Below, one piece after another: positions 63,278-64,000 of a DNA stretch of 64,000 nt. This DNA comes from Octopus vulgaris (lineage: Eukaryota): NCBI GenBank assembly GCA_951406725.2, contig OX597839.1, positions 21,266,001 through 21,330,000 on the forward strand, in the 5' to 3' direction. Position 1 is the stretch's first letter. Each line of letters begins with the position of its first letter. Under the pieces are notes generated by a model that worked only from the letters and a program-made list of their open reading frames with translations, was not told where the DNA came from and made no database searches. The translations under genes were made by a program, and so were the position numbers.

Positions 63278-64000
63278 TGAAAGTCTGTGTCTACATGTAT
63301 TATACATACATATATAAAGAGGAAATAGTGGCACAACAAGGTTCCATTTTTTGCTGGAAATAGCAGTCGATAACCGTGAAAAGCCTGTGTCTACATGTAT
63401 TATACATACATATATAAAGAGGGAATAGTGGCACAACAAGGTTCCATTTTTTGCTGGAAATAGCAGTCGATAACCGTGAGAGTCTGTGTCTACATGTATT
63501 ATACATACATATATAAAGAGGAAATAGTGGCACAACAAGGTTCCATTTTTTGCTGGAAATAGCAGTCGATAACCGTGAAAGCCTGTGTCTACATGTATTA
63601 TACATACATATATAAAGAGGAAATAGTGGCACAACAAGGTTCCATTTTTTGCTAGAAATAGCAGTCGATAACCATGAAAGTCTGTGTCTACATGTATTAT
63701 ACATACATCTATAAAGAGGAAATAGTGGCACAACAAGGTTCCATTTTTTGCTGGAAATAGCAGTCGATAACCGTGGAAGTCTGTGTCTACATGTATTATA
63801 CATACATATATAAAGAGGAAATAGTGGCACAACAAGGTTCCATTTTTTGCTGGAAATAGCAGTCGATAACCGTGGAAGTCTGTGTCTACATGTATTATAC
63901 ATACATATATAAAGAGGAAATAGTGGCACAACAAGGTTCCATTTTTTTGCTGGAAATAGCAGTCGATAACCGTGAAAGTCTGTGTCTACATGTATTATAC
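63278..64000. repeat. 99-bp tandem satellite, at least 7 highly similar copies, running off the window
   Basis: ctacatgtat at 63291, 63391, 63490, 63589, 63688, 63787, 63886 and 63986. Confidence 0.97.

Noticed and set aside
63269-63934. ORFs made of 33-aa repeats, or a CRISPR-like array
   Set aside because: Units are contiguous with no unique spacers, the context is eukaryotic, and 100-bp units shift the frame.

Overview
Eukaryotic, AT-rich, repeat-dense non-coding DNA (intergenic or a very large intron). It is most likely from an octopus, inferred from SINE families resembling the octopus OK/OR1/OR2 tRNA-SINEs; those names come from recall and were not checked against a database. I found no intact host gene, RNA gene or CRISPR array. 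The long ORFs in the track are microsatellite, minisatellite or repeat read-throughs. The window is a nested collection of transposable elements: three abundant tRNA-derived SINE families (A, B, D) plus a variant (A2); RTE LINE 3' ends (family C and three other RTE remnants); CR1-group, L1/Tx1-like and R4-like LINE remnants; two mariner remnants; three TTAA/piggyBac-type MITE families; two long-TIR elements with 8-bp TSDs; a hAT MITE; a Tc1 mini-MITE; a non-autonomous Helitron; two candidate solo LTRs; Penelope-like fragments with degenerate hammerhead motifs; a 3.1-kb microsatellite-derived minisatellite; and a 99-bp satellite at the right edge. The most coherent system visible is SINE-LINE partnering: each of the three main SINE families shares its 3' tail with a different LINE remnant in this same window (A with CR1, B with L1/Tx1, D with RTE through a covarying stem-loop). 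SINE B also forms unit-inserted multimers and prefers a GGTAT-like target. Boundaries of old copies are approximate.
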